From Candidatus Methanomethylophilaceae archaeon (GTDB taxonomy: Archaea > Thermoplasmatota > Thermoplasmata > Methanomassiliicoccales > Methanomethylophilaceae): 64,000 nucleotides of DNA. A model generated the notes under the pieces. It was not told where the DNA came from and ran no database searches. It worked only from the letters and a program-made list of their open reading frames with translations. Shown here piece after piece: positions 20,201-28,826 of the stretch (positions are counted from its first letter, which is position 1; each line of letters begins with the position of its first letter). The stretch is from assembly GCA_050944155.1 (NCBI GenBank), contig JBMNQN010000003.1, positions 1-64,000 of the forward strand. Reading direction: 5' to 3'. A program made the position numbers and the translations under genes.

Positions 20201-20211
20201 CTTTTCGCCAT
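17197..20211 (-). CDS. 1004-aa multidomain protein: J-domain-like N-terminus, double Zn-ribbon, helical region, FN3/Ig-like repeats
   Basis: YCMLLGLDP start; CPEC/CSVC/CPRC/CVKC; FN3-like FLDETAEPGIDYYYTV, IEDRGLVGGQTYHY, PDPVRDLKVSW. Confidence 0.65.
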   Translation of the reverse strand: MAKRDSYCMLLGLDPFREETYSAETVSGIIDKKEKKWSEESRNRQNDVGMRFRNQSYLDMVPDMRRVMSDPSLREKEFEEGRVLLTAKASKLRKDSVILHDGTPVRISGTAEILAKRMKWDGIRPEELVKLAGVTDYDFSSVVDDTVSNAFKALQTVDSFTPQEMINSLINNSDLELGIGKLTDSSSFEQIRSAFDLCEKRVNSVRPEILPNQDTYIQSIRAVKMAMRPDEKLSELIEYGMCQRALSPVKDIIEEEYTRPIDRTYIDELLSIYLTNENPETAIRILEDFCIRKKFIANFSDGESRMIRCPECKAFVETGTEIMCCSVCGHTIKMECPRCGTRQSSLNIACVKCGFDIRKGLGKALESEKHVEELAKSGLVIAAEKELSELKAEYSTYEAIISLEKKVGLAKTQLYVGKRKIEQSYSFRRYCEAVDRTKNLLVQFGRFLEEDPATEKIYEESEQRIAEAEALYQKAGKADSRSSRMELYVAAAERCPDHLLVQSLLSEYPPDPPADASVIIKEGKILVKYAVPKDRDGLTFCIYRERYTRPNTEDDDIPLAEVSTGYFLDETAEPGIDYYYTVLSKRWGVLSEEGATCGPAVVYSEVQNVSIDPLEDGLRISFVKPANCSRVRVWRKTADSESDEKELQVTGQEIEDRGLVGGQTYHYLFVAEYDTPDGRIKRSSGTVFSGATSVLPDPVRDLKVSWNKSDGTFTAEWTGDENAELYSSPKSIRMYGTLVKMSDAESWMTKIVPIEKTTGKMRFSLPDGAVQYLYPMIPVGRYAVRGKEVRVAELKPFRDVEKKISGGDCIISMTWPRGTDSAVAVITDSGAPAKGPDDLDGERITVSAEAYSADKTIRIHMGNRTKRTVTLFAVYDVEGKKMASRGMTFDVSAETCRKIRYTIDADHSKKDRTDIRVSMKTPDNVEFVPPIMAVLSPEGIPLRRNDGEVLWMSEVPMLISKGRCVFRFEAKPGTDTEKIRLFFEKDEDYNSFRFVHPLKGRAEL

Positions 20212-20212
20212 A

Positions 20213-22237
20213 TCATTCTCCGGTTGTTCCGCTTTCGCGGATTCCCATGTTTCCGGAGCCGATTGCGGTGGCTATGGTTCCGAAAGTATCGCTCAGACAG
20301 TCCAGTGTGGTGTACAGTGCCCCCTCTTCCACGGTGGCTAGCTGTCTCAGGAAAGAAGTGTCGGCGTCGCCGAATCCCACGGCAACCACGGCAATACCGT
20401 CTTTCCTGCATTCCATCGCGCGGGTGACCGCGGCGTTGCGGTTTCCCCACACTCCGTCGGTGAGTATCACAATGGCGTTCGCGCCGGGAGCGTTCACGAG
20501 CATTCTGCCCGCCTCGCCGAAAGGATCCGCGTCCGTTCCCCTGCCTGCCATGCTGACTCTGAGACGGTTAATCGATGCCGTTATCGCGTAACGGTCGGAC
20601 GTCAGCTCCCTTACGGTTTTCGCTTTGTCGCCGAAAACCACCAGTCCGAATCTGGTATCGATTCCTTCCAGTTCGTTTACGAACCGTATGACGGCTTCCT
20701 TGGCCGTTTCCAGGGGTTTGTCCTTCATGCTTCTGGACAAATCGATTGCGATGACGATGTTTCTTCTGACGGGTATCTCGGAAGTTCTGTCTTCGGGAGT
20801 TTCTCCCATCCAGGAAAGGTCCTCGTCGAGTTTTTCCGATTTTACTTCGAGACTCCTTCCCTTCTGGAAGGCGGAAACGCTGACGACCCCGTTTTCGTTG
20901 TAGCTGTATTCGATTTCGACGATTTCCCCTTCACCGGAGTTGCTGATTCCCCTGACTTTCATCTTGGCCAGGGCAAAACAGTCCAGCGGATTCCGGGATT
21001 CTCCCTGCAGTGTGTACAGTTCGATGAATTCCGTAAGATTGCCGGGATTGATTTTGAAGGGTTTCCTGACCGAGGCGGGAATCTTCGAATTGCGGGGAAT
21101 CATGATTTCGTTGATGTATTTTTTACCGTCCTTCCTCACGGACAGAACTCCCAGGCTGTGGGAAGTTACGTCCGTAACGGTTCTCCTCCCCCCGGCCCTG
21201 CGGTGCACCAGGGCGGCTCCTTTGGCAACCGCAAGATCCGTATCCGCATGATTCACGATTTCCGTGCCCGAAATCCTTCTCAGTTCTTCGGGAAGTCCCG
21301 GAAGACGGGTGGAGCCCCCTACGAGCAGTATCTCGTCTATGTCTTTCCAGGTCAGTCCGGCTTCTTTCAGGGCTCTGACGCACACTTCTTCGGTTGCGGC
21401 GAAAAGAGGGCGGGAGAGTTCGACGAACTTTTCTTTCGACAGCGAATATTCGGCGGAATCCTTTCCGTATTCCAGTAAGACGGAGATGCTGTCCCTTTCG
21501 GAAAATTCTTTTTTCAGATTTTCCGCGGCTACGATGAGACTGTTCTTGGCCGCCGGATCTTCTCTGAGGTCGATTCCGAAATCGTCCGCGAACCTGTCGC
21601 AGAAATATCCCGTCAGAATCTGGTCCCAGTCCTTGCCGCCGAGAATGCGGCTGCCGTCGGTTCCAAGAACGGTGAGTGTGTTTTTCTCGATGCGTACTAT
21701 CGTTATGTCGAATGTTCCTCCGCCCAGATCGTAAACCATGACGGTTTTGTCGTTGAGGCTGCCGTAACCGTAGGATATGGCGGCCGCGGTGGGTTCGTTT
21801 ATTATTTTGTCGACCTTTATTCCGCATCTTTCTCCCGCACGGATTGTGGCGGTTCTCTGTGGGTCGTTGAAGTAAGCGGGGACGGTTATTACTGCCGAGT
21901 CAATCTTTTTTCCCAGTCTTTTTTCCGCGCCGGATATCAGGTACCCGAGGAGAATCGCGGAAAGATCTTCGGCGGAATAGGACCGTCCGCGGGCGTTCAC
22001 GGAAAAACCCGTGTCGCCCATCGCACGTTTGAAGGATGCGGCAACCGTTCCCTTTCCTTTGGCCTGCATGGTTTTGGCGGCTTCTCCGGCGTACACGCTG
22101 CCGTCGTCGCTGAAACATATGACCGACGGAGTCAGAAGATTTCCTTCCGCGTCCGGTACGACTTCCGCGGAAGACGTTTTTTCGTCGTAATAAGCCACTG
22201 CCGAGTAGGTTGTCCCCAAATCAATGCCAACCCTCAT
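20213..22237 (-). CDS. Hsp70-vWA fusion protein
   Basis: Complete Hsp70 ATPase motifs and SBD-beta, then a vWA domain with MIDAS DLSRS, GTD, ILTDG and AVGFG. Confidence 0.88.
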   Translation of the reverse strand: MRVGIDLGTTYSAVAYYDEKTSSAEVVPDAEGNLLTPSVICFSDDGSVYAGEAAKTMQAKGKGTVAASFKRAMGDTGFSVNARGRSYSAEDLSAILLGYLISGAEKRLGKKIDSAVITVPAYFNDPQRTATIRAGERCGIKVDKIINEPTAAAISYGYGSLNDKTVMVYDLGGGTFDITIVRIEKNTLTVLGTDGSRILGGKDWDQILTGYFCDRFADDFGIDLREDPAAKNSLIVAAENLKKEFSERDSISVLLEYGKDSAEYSLSKEKFVELSRPLFAATEEVCVRALKEAGLTWKDIDEILLVGGSTRLPGLPEELRRISGTEIVNHADTDLAVAKGAALVHRRAGGRRTVTDVTSHSLGVLSVRKDGKKYINEIMIPRNSKIPASVRKPFKINPGNLTEFIELYTLQGESRNPLDCFALAKMKVRGISNSGEGEIVEIEYSYNENGVVSVSAFQKGRSLEVKSEKLDEDLSWMGETPEDRTSEIPVRRNIVIAIDLSRSMKDKPLETAKEAVIRFVNELEGIDTRFGLVVFGDKAKTVRELTSDRYAITASINRLRVSMAGRGTDADPFGEAGRMLVNAPGANAIVILTDGVWGNRNAAVTRAMECRKDGIAVVAVGFGDADTSFLRQLATVEEGALYTTLDCLSDTFGTIATAIGSGNMGIRESGTTGE

Positions 22238-22436
22238 CCATGCATCCCGTTTACGCGTACGCGCTGACGATATTTAATATGTAGGAGGTGGCTGCGATTT
22301 TCGTAGCGGTGATGCTAATGCATCGGAATTCCGCGTCGTAATTTTCTCGATTACGAATTTCGTAATGTCATGCGGGAAGGCGGATTTCCGCTAAACGGGT
22401 AAGCAAATCTAATTACCGACTCCGCGATTCCGTGGC

Positions 22437-23387
22437 ATGGATAACGACGAAGCGGATGCGCTGTTCCTGAAAGCGATATCCTACATTTCGGGCGCGGGAG
22501 GTTCCGAAGTAAACCCCGCGGAAGCTTTGGCGATTTTCGAAAGCCTCGCGGAAAACGGACACGGAAACGGAATGTTCGGCCTCGCGGAAATGCTGATGGT
22601 GGGGGCCGGAACCGAACGGAACGCAGAGAGGGCAAAGGAGCTTTATACGAAAGCCGCCGAAGCGGGACACATCGAATCTAAGTTCAGACTGGGTATGATT
22701 CACACCGGAAATTTCGGATTCCCCGCCGATCCGAAAAAATCTTTCGAAAATTTCCTCGAAGCCGCCGAAGCCGGATTGCCGGAAGCGTTCGCTCCCGCTG
22801 GAGACTGTTATTTCTACGGTTCCGGAACCGAACAGAATTTTACGGAAGCCTTCCGCTGGTTTTCCAAAGCTGCGGAATTCAAAGATCCCGTTGCGATGTT
22901 CAAGTGTGCGTACATGTACGAATCGGGAACCGGAACGGAAGCCGACGAAGAGAAATCCGTATCGCTTTTCCGCGAATCCGCGGAAGCCGGATTGCCGGAA
23001 GCACAGATGAAAATGGCCGATTTGGCACATTCGGGAAAGACGGAAGGCGGTGCGGAAAAGGCCGCGGAATGGTACCGCAGGGCATCGGAAGCGGGAATGA
23101 CCGCGGCGACGGTAAGTCTCGGCACCCTATACTACGAAGGAAAAGGGGTTCCCAAGGATTACGCGAAAGCGTACGGGCTCTACTCCGAAGCGGAGAAACA
23201 GGGAGATTCCGATGCGGCGATGCTCAAGGGCATTATGGAGATGAAAGGTCTCGGAACAGAAAAAGATCCGGAAAAAGCCATGAAATCCATATCCAGAGCA
23301 GCGGAGCTGGGAAATCAGGAAGCAAAGGCGTTCCTGGAAAATATGCGCAGGGCGCAGAACACCCAGTTCGTCAGAATAGACGGATAA
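22437..23387 (+). CDS. Sel1-like repeat protein
   Basis: Repeated A..LG..Y..G.G...D...A..W...AAE.G units; no signal peptide. Confidence 0.9.
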   Translation: MDNDEADALFLKAISYISGAGGSEVNPAEALAIFESLAENGHGNGMFGLAEMLMVGAGTERNAERAKELYTKAAEAGHIESKFRLGMIHTGNFGFPADPKKSFENFLEAAEAGLPEAFAPAGDCYFYGSGTEQNFTEAFRWFSKAAEFKDPVAMFKCAYMYESGTGTEADEEKSVSLFRESAEAGLPEAQMKMADLAHSGKTEGGAEKAAEWYRRASEAGMTAATVSLGTLYYEGKGVPKDYAKAYGLYSEAEKQGDSDAAMLKGIMEMKGLGTEKDPEKAMKSISRAAELGNQEAKAFLENMRRAQNTQFVRIDG

Positions 23388-23389
23388 AT

Positions 23390-23524
23390 TCACTCCGAGG
23401 GTTCGAAACAGTCCTTCGACGCACCGCAATCGGGACAGCTCCAATCGTCGGGCAGGTCGCTGAAGGGAACCCCCTCGGCTTCTTCGTCGTAGACGTGGCC
23501 GCAGAGTATGCAGACGTACTTCAT
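23390..23524 (-). CDS. Rubredoxin (44 aa; below the ORF-track cutoff)
   Basis: Own translation: [44 protein letters not shown] (two CxxCG motifs, LPDDW). Confidence 0.92.
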   Translation of the reverse strand: MKYVCILCGHVYDEEAEGVPFSDLPDDWSCPDCGASKDCFEPSE

Positions 23525-23548
23525 GGGACGTAATCTCATCCGATATAT

Positions 23549-24964
23549 TTAGTCAATCTCGAGCTGTTTTCCCGATTTTTCCGAATCGGGGACCGCCGCA
23601 GCTATAACGACCGTAACGGCGGAAAGAAGAGCGGCAAGAATTATTGCGGCGCGGAAACCCGACGAAAATTCTCCCGCAGTAAGGAGATCGAAGCCCGTTC
23701 CCGGCACTCCGGTGAATATGGAAAAGAAGGCGGCAAACACTGCCGTTCCGATGCCCATCCCCAGATAAATCGCCAAAGACGACAGGGACGAACCCATTTT
23801 TTCGTGTCCCGAGGGAGAGTGTTCGACGATACGGGCGGCCATGGGCCCTCCGCAGAGACCCCAGGAAGTCCCCATCATGATTACGACGGGAACAAGAATC
23901 AGAGAGCCGTTTTCCGCGTTCGCAAACAGAAGCAGTATCGTGGACACAAGCAGTATGGAAATACCCAGTACGGAAATCCGTCTTCTTCCGTATCTGTCCG
24001 AATATCTTCCGGCGGGGAGACAGATTATCGCGGTCATGAGGGACGACACAAAAAGATACACACCTATGGCCGCATAGGAGAATTCCAGGCAGAGGGCCAT
24101 ATAAAACGGAATCAGGTAGAACGGTCCCATGTAAGAAAGATTGAAAAGGGTGAAAGAAAGAAGGGACGAGGAGAATTTTCCCGACTTGAAAATACGCACG
24201 TCTATGACGGGTTTGTCGAAAGACAGTTCCCTCAATATGAAAAGAATAAGGAATATCACACACAGAACTGCCGAAACAATAACGGTTTTCAGGGCGTCCG
24301 GGTCGCTTAATCTTTCCAGAGAAAGTATGCCGGACGCTATGGCCGCGAACATGAAGGCCGAACCCATGAGATCCAGGGGTCTTTTTTCCGTGGGTCCGTC
24401 CTTCGGAATCGCCTTTACGGCAAAGGGAACCGCCAGAATTCCGATGGGGATATTTATCAAAAATATCCAGTGCCAGGATAGGAATTCCGTAAGGATTCCT
24501 CCCAGTACCGGACCTACTGCGTAACCCACAGAACTTCCCAGAGTCAGGGTGCTCAGGGCAAAACCCAATTTCTTCGGGGAAACGTATTTCACGCACAGCA
24601 TCGGCGCGGATGCGGCAATCATGGCGCCCCCAGTTCCCTGAAGAATTCTGGAAGCGAAAAGCATCGGCAGAGAATAGGAAATTCCGCAGAGAAGGGAAGC
24701 GACGGTGAATATGCCGAAACCGTAAACGAAAACTTTCTTCAGTGCTCCCCGGTCGGCGATTCTGCCGAAAACCAATATCAGTCCGGCAAGGGTCATGAAA
24801 TAAAGTACGATAACCCAGGATACCGAAGACGTGTCCGTTCCGAAGGCGGACGCAATCGCAGGCATGGCGACGTTTACGACGCTCCCGTCCATTCCGTCCA
24901 TGAAAATTGCCACTGCGACTGCCGCCAGCAGAAGTTTTTCTGAATAAACGGGAGATTTTGCCAT
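23549..24964 (-). CDS. MFS transporter, DHA2/EmrB-like
   Basis: D.SVVNVAMP, FGRIADRG, RILQG.GG, GPVLGG, WHWIFLINIPIG. Confidence 0.88.
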   Translation of the reverse strand: MAKSPVYSEKLLLAAVAVAIFMDGMDGSVVNVAMPAIASAFGTDTSSVSWVIVLYFMTLAGLILVFGRIADRGALKKVFVYGFGIFTVASLLCGISYSLPMLFASRILQGTGGAMIAASAPMLCVKYVSPKKLGFALSTLTLGSSVGYAVGPVLGGILTEFLSWHWIFLINIPIGILAVPFAVKAIPKDGPTEKRPLDLMGSAFMFAAIASGILSLERLSDPDALKTVIVSAVLCVIFLILFILRELSFDKPVIDVRIFKSGKFSSSLLSFTLFNLSYMGPFYLIPFYMALCLEFSYAAIGVYLFVSSLMTAIICLPAGRYSDRYGRRRISVLGISILLVSTILLLFANAENGSLILVPVVIMMGTSWGLCGGPMAARIVEHSPSGHEKMGSSLSSLAIYLGMGIGTAVFAAFFSIFTGVPGTGFDLLTAGEFSSGFRAAIILAALLSAVTVVIAAAVPDSEKSGKQLEID

Positions 24965-25036
24965 GGTGCGGATTATCCTGCTTTTTCTATAAGTATGCCT
25001 GGGACGGACGGAAAAATCATTTCCGTCACCGACATA

Positions 25037-25654
25037 TCAGATCAGTCCTCTCAGCGTTTCGATTTCGTAAGTGGGTTCCTGTTCTATGCTTTCTCCGGTG
25101 CGGTTCACGTAAACGCTGTCCATTCCGATGGCGGCAGCTGCAACAATGTCCGTTTCCCCGTCTCCCACGAAGACCGCTTCGTCTTTCGGAACCGGGAATT
25201 TTTCCAGACATTTTTCCAGACATTCGGGGTCGGGCTTCTGTCTGGAAACGTCGTCCCTTCCCACTATGAAATCTATGTACTCGGTAAGGTTGTGAAGAGC
25301 CAGTACGTTTTTCGTTCTGCCGTGGGAGCTCCTGGTCGCTATGCAAATTTCGGTTCCCTTGCCGTTTATTTCGCGGAGAACGTGTTCAGTTTCGGGATAA
25401 GGCGTACTCCGGCCGTCCAGAAACAGGCTGAATTCTTCGATTGCGGTATTCTCGAATTCTTCGAAAGACACCGGAGGCGACGTGAAGCGGCCGTACGTGT
25501 CAACGAAAGATTCGTTGATGAAATAATCCAGATCAGACGGATCGTACGCGAATCCCAGTCTGTCCATTATTTTCCCGTAACAGAGTTTCAGTCCGCCGGA
25601 AGAATCGACCAGGGTTCCGTCGAGGTCGAAGATATAAAGGGAGTACTTTCTCAT
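25037..25654 (-). CDS. HAD-superfamily hydrolase (phosphoglycolate phosphatase-like)
   Basis: FDLDGTLVDS, KPDPE, FVGD..TDI. Confidence 0.88.
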   Translation of the reverse strand: MRKYSLYIFDLDGTLVDSSGGLKLCYGKIMDRLGFAYDPSDLDYFINESFVDTYGRFTSPPVSFEEFENTAIEEFSLFLDGRSTPYPETEHVLREINGKGTEICIATRSSHGRTKNVLALHNLTEYIDFIVGRDDVSRQKPDPECLEKCLEKFPVPKDEAVFVGDGETDIVAAAAIGMDSVYVNRTGESIEQEPTYEIETLRGLI

Positions 25655-25761
25655 TGCGGCGTAAATACGTGAAGGTATTATTCATGGTTTACGTGCCCGT
25701 TCCGCATATTCCCGGAAAGGGGGACGGCAACGGTTGTCCGCGGTTCCGTTCATTCAGTGGT

Positions 25762-26244
25762 ATGTTCGGCAGAAAGAAACCCGCCGAGAGCGCTGAGCTG
25801 ACACCCGAACAGAAGATGTTCATGTATACGGGGATGGCCGTAAAGAATATGCAGGCGCTGGAAGCCAATCTGGGACTCATGATGTGGTACCATACCGTTC
25901 TTAACGGTCTCAGGTCCGGATCCGGAAGGGAGAACTACGAAAAGTATGCGGAAAAGGCCGACAGACTCGCCGAAGAAATTTCCGCCATGACCATGGGAGA
26001 CGTTCTGCGCACGGTGAGGGGAACGGATTTGATGAAAAAATCCGACCTGAGAGACCTGAGTTCTCTGCTGGGCGACAGAAACACAATCGTTCACAGAATG
26101 TACAGAACCGAAATCGGAGAGTCGGAAATCGAAGAAAAAATCGCTTTCCTTTCGAAAACGATAGAATCGGCGGACAGGATTAATTCTATACTTGTTTCCA
26201 TAATTTCGGATTTGGAAAACATTTACGAAAACACGGAAATCTGA
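25762..26244 (+). CDS. Hypothetical helical protein
   Basis: Host-like codon usage from ATG 25762 (MFGRKK...); TMG...RN..VH motif; no confident family. Confidence 0.6.
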   Translation: MFGRKKPAESAELTPEQKMFMYTGMAVKNMQALEANLGLMMWYHTVLNGLRSGSGRENYEKYAEKADRLAEEISAMTMGDVLRTVRGTDLMKKSDLRDLSSLLGDRNTIVHRMYRTEIGESEIEEKIAFLSKTIESADRINSILVSIISDLENIYENTEI

Positions 26245-26290
26245 TTTCCGACGTGATGTCTTTTAAAATCCGACGGTGTTCCGATTCTTT

Positions 26291-27961
26291 ATGAAAACCG
26301 ATATCGAAATCGCTTACGGTACCGAGGCGAAGCCCATTGCCGATATAGCATCCGGCCTGGGACTCGGTCCGGACGAAATCCTGCCTTACGGAAAATACAC
26401 GGCGAAAGTTCCTCTGGAGGTTCTGGAAAAATTCGAGAACGGACCGGACGGTAAACTGATCATGGTTACCGCCATAACTCCCACTCCCGCCGGAGAAGGA
26501 AAAACCGTTACGACGATAGGCCTCATCCAGGGATTGGGAAAGATGGGGAAGAAAGTGGTGGGCGCACTGAGAGAACCGTCCCTGGGCCCCGTGTTCGGAA
26601 TAAAAGGCGGGGCTACCGGAGGGGGAATGTCCCAGGTGTACCCAATGTGGGACATCAATCTCCATTTCACCGGAGACATACATGCGGTTTCCGCCGCACA
26701 TAACCTTCTTTCCGCGGTTACCGAAAACCATCTGGTCAAAGGAAACGCGCTGAATATCGATCCGACCAGAGTCGTTTTCAAAAAAGCCATGGACATGAAC
26801 GCCAGGGAACTCAGGAATACGATTGTGGGCCTGGGAGGCCGCAGTTCGGGAGGAATTCCCCACGAAAGCGGGTTCCTTATAACATCCGCATCCGAAATAT
26901 CCGCGATACTGGCACTTTCTTCCGGCTACGAAGATCTTAAGAAACGTCTCGGAAGAATCGTCGTCGCCTATACCGTCGGCGGAGAACCGGTAACCGCCGG
27001 CGACCTGGGATGCGTGGGCGGGATGATGGTTCTTCTCAGGGATGCGCTGCATCCGAATCTCGTTCAGACTCTGGAAGGACAGCCCGTTTTCATACACGGG
27101 TTCCCCTTCGCCAACATAGCCCACGGGGCAAACAGCATAATCGCAACCCGTTCGGCGCTGAAACTGGGGGATTATGCGGTGACCGAAGCGGGTTTCGCTT
27201 CCGACCTCGGCGGAGAGAAATTCATGGATATCGTATGCAGGCAGTCCGGATTCTCTCCCGACTGCGTGGTGATAGTCGCGTCGGTCCGCGCACTCATGAT
27301 GCACGGCGGAGCCGACCTGAAGGACGATTCCACCATGACTCTCGCCAATCTGGAAAAAGGACTGGAGAATCTTGACAAACACGTGGAAAACATTAGTCTC
27401 TACGGAGTTCCTTCCGTGGTGTGCATAAACAGGTTCGAAACCGACACGGAAGAATGCATAGAAGCCATACGTGCCAGATGCAGAAAACTCAACGTAAGGT
27501 GTGTGGAAAGCGAAGCCTTCGCTAAAGGCGGAGAAGGGGCCGTAGAACTGGCAAAGGCGGTTACCGAAGAATGTTCGAAGAAGAAGGATTTCGGATACCT
27601 TTACGACACGGAACTTTCTCTGAAGGAAAAAATAGAGACCGTGGCTTCGAAGATTTACGGCGCGGACTACGTTTCCTATTCGGAGGCGGCGGAAAAGACT
27701 CTTGCCGATCTGGAAAAACGCGGATTCGGAAAACTTCCGGTTTGCATAGCAAAGACCCAGGCATCTCTTTCCGACAATCCGTCTCTCAAAGGAGCACCGA
27801 AAGGGTGGAGCCTTAACGTCAGAGAAGTGCAGCTTTCCGCCGGAGCGGGATTCGTGGTTCCCGTGTGCGGCGCGATGACGCTTATGCCCGGACTTCCGGC
27901 AGTGCCGGCTGCGATGAAAATGGATCTGACCCCCGAGGGAAAGATAATCGGACTGAAGTGA
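26291..27961 (+). CDS. fhs: Formate-tetrahydrofolate ligase
   Basis: TAITPTPAGEGKT, REPSLGPVFGIKGGATGGG, NLHFTGD, PFANIAHG, VTEAGF, MPGL. Confidence 0.96.
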   Translation: MKTDIEIAYGTEAKPIADIASGLGLGPDEILPYGKYTAKVPLEVLEKFENGPDGKLIMVTAITPTPAGEGKTVTTIGLIQGLGKMGKKVVGALREPSLGPVFGIKGGATGGGMSQVYPMWDINLHFTGDIHAVSAAHNLLSAVTENHLVKGNALNIDPTRVVFKKAMDMNARELRNTIVGLGGRSSGGIPHESGFLITSASEISAILALSSGYEDLKKRLGRIVVAYTVGGEPVTAGDLGCVGGMMVLLRDALHPNLVQTLEGQPVFIHGFPFANIAHGANSIIATRSALKLGDYAVTEAGFASDLGGEKFMDIVCRQSGFSPDCVVIVASVRALMMHGGADLKDDSTMTLANLEKGLENLDKHVENISLYGVPSVVCINRFETDTEECIEAIRARCRKLNVRCVESEAFAKGGEGAVELAKAVTEECSKKKDFGYLYDTELSLKEKIETVASKIYGADYVSYSEAAEKTLADLEKRGFGKLPVCIAKTQASLSDNPSLKGAPKGWSLNVREVQLSAGAGFVVPVCGAMTLMPGLPAVPAAMKMDLTPEGKIIGLK

Positions 27962-27962
27962 T

Positions 27963-28631
27963 TCAGTTTCCGTCGGCCATGTCGTACCACCGGTCGGCTT
28001 CGTCCCGATCCGCGCGGACTCCGTCGCCGGTTGCGTACATATTGCCCAGAAGAATGCGAGCGCTTTTGCTGCCTCCCATTGCGGCGGAGACAAGCCAGTC
28101 GACAGCCGTATCTATGTCTTTTTCGACTCCGCATCCTGTTTTGTAAAACTGGCCGAGAACGAACTGGGCATCAGAGTGGCCTCTTTCGGCGGCCATGGCG
28201 ACCCATTTCGCAGCTTCCTCGAAATCTCTGCCGACCGTGTCCCCTTCGAAATATACGAGTCCCAGGGAGTACTGGGCGCGGGCATCCCCTTCGTTTGCGG
28301 GGACGGAAAACAGTTCGACGGCCTTGTCAATATCTTTTTTTACGCCGTATCCGCGGAAATACATCTTTCCCAGGTAGTACATGGCGCTGCGGCTACCGCC
28401 TTCCGAAGCACGGGCGAACCACTCGGCCGCCGCGTTAAGGTCCCGGGATATTCCCTGACCCCTCGCGTACATGAGACCCAGACAGAATTCTCCGTCGGCA
28501 TATCCCGCATCCGTGGCTCTAATCACGGCGGAATATGCGGCGGCATAGTCTTTTTCCGATCTGCTTCTCAGTACGGCTTTGGCCCATTCGAGAGACTCGA
28601 GAACGTCTGTGTCTCTTCCGGCACCCTCCAT
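27963..28631 (-). CDS. Sel1-like repeat protein
   Basis: About 5 Sel1 repeats (AQY.LG..Y..G...D...A.W). Confidence 0.9.
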   Translation of the reverse strand: MEGAGRDTDVLESLEWAKAVLRSRSEKDYAAAYSAVIRATDAGYADGEFCLGLMYARGQGISRDLNAAAEWFARASEGGSRSAMYYLGKMYFRGYGVKKDIDKAVELFSVPANEGDARAQYSLGLVYFEGDTVGRDFEEAAKWVAMAAERGHSDAQFVLGQFYKTGCGVEKDIDTAVDWLVSAAMGGSKSARILLGNMYATGDGVRADRDEADRWYDMADGN

Positions 28632-28826
28632 AGTTCCGGTAAAACGGCTTACGGTATATTTGTTATTTGACGGCAGAAGGGGTTTCGGGAAATCCGGCGG
28701 GATTCGGAACGGTGTTTTTCTCAGGGGTACCGCGAATAATCATGCCTTTCGATTATCCGAAACAGCCGGTGCGGAAATTTTTTCTTACGGGTAAAAGATA
28801 AAAAATCCGTATGCATAGGGTAGACC

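Noticed and set aside
26186-28093. Long antisense ORFs (635 aa opposite fhs; likewise 38522-40393, 58846-60354, 36204-37658, 10992-12359)
   Set aside because: They are shadows of well-supported genes on the other strand, have no motifs, and are expected from the codon bias.
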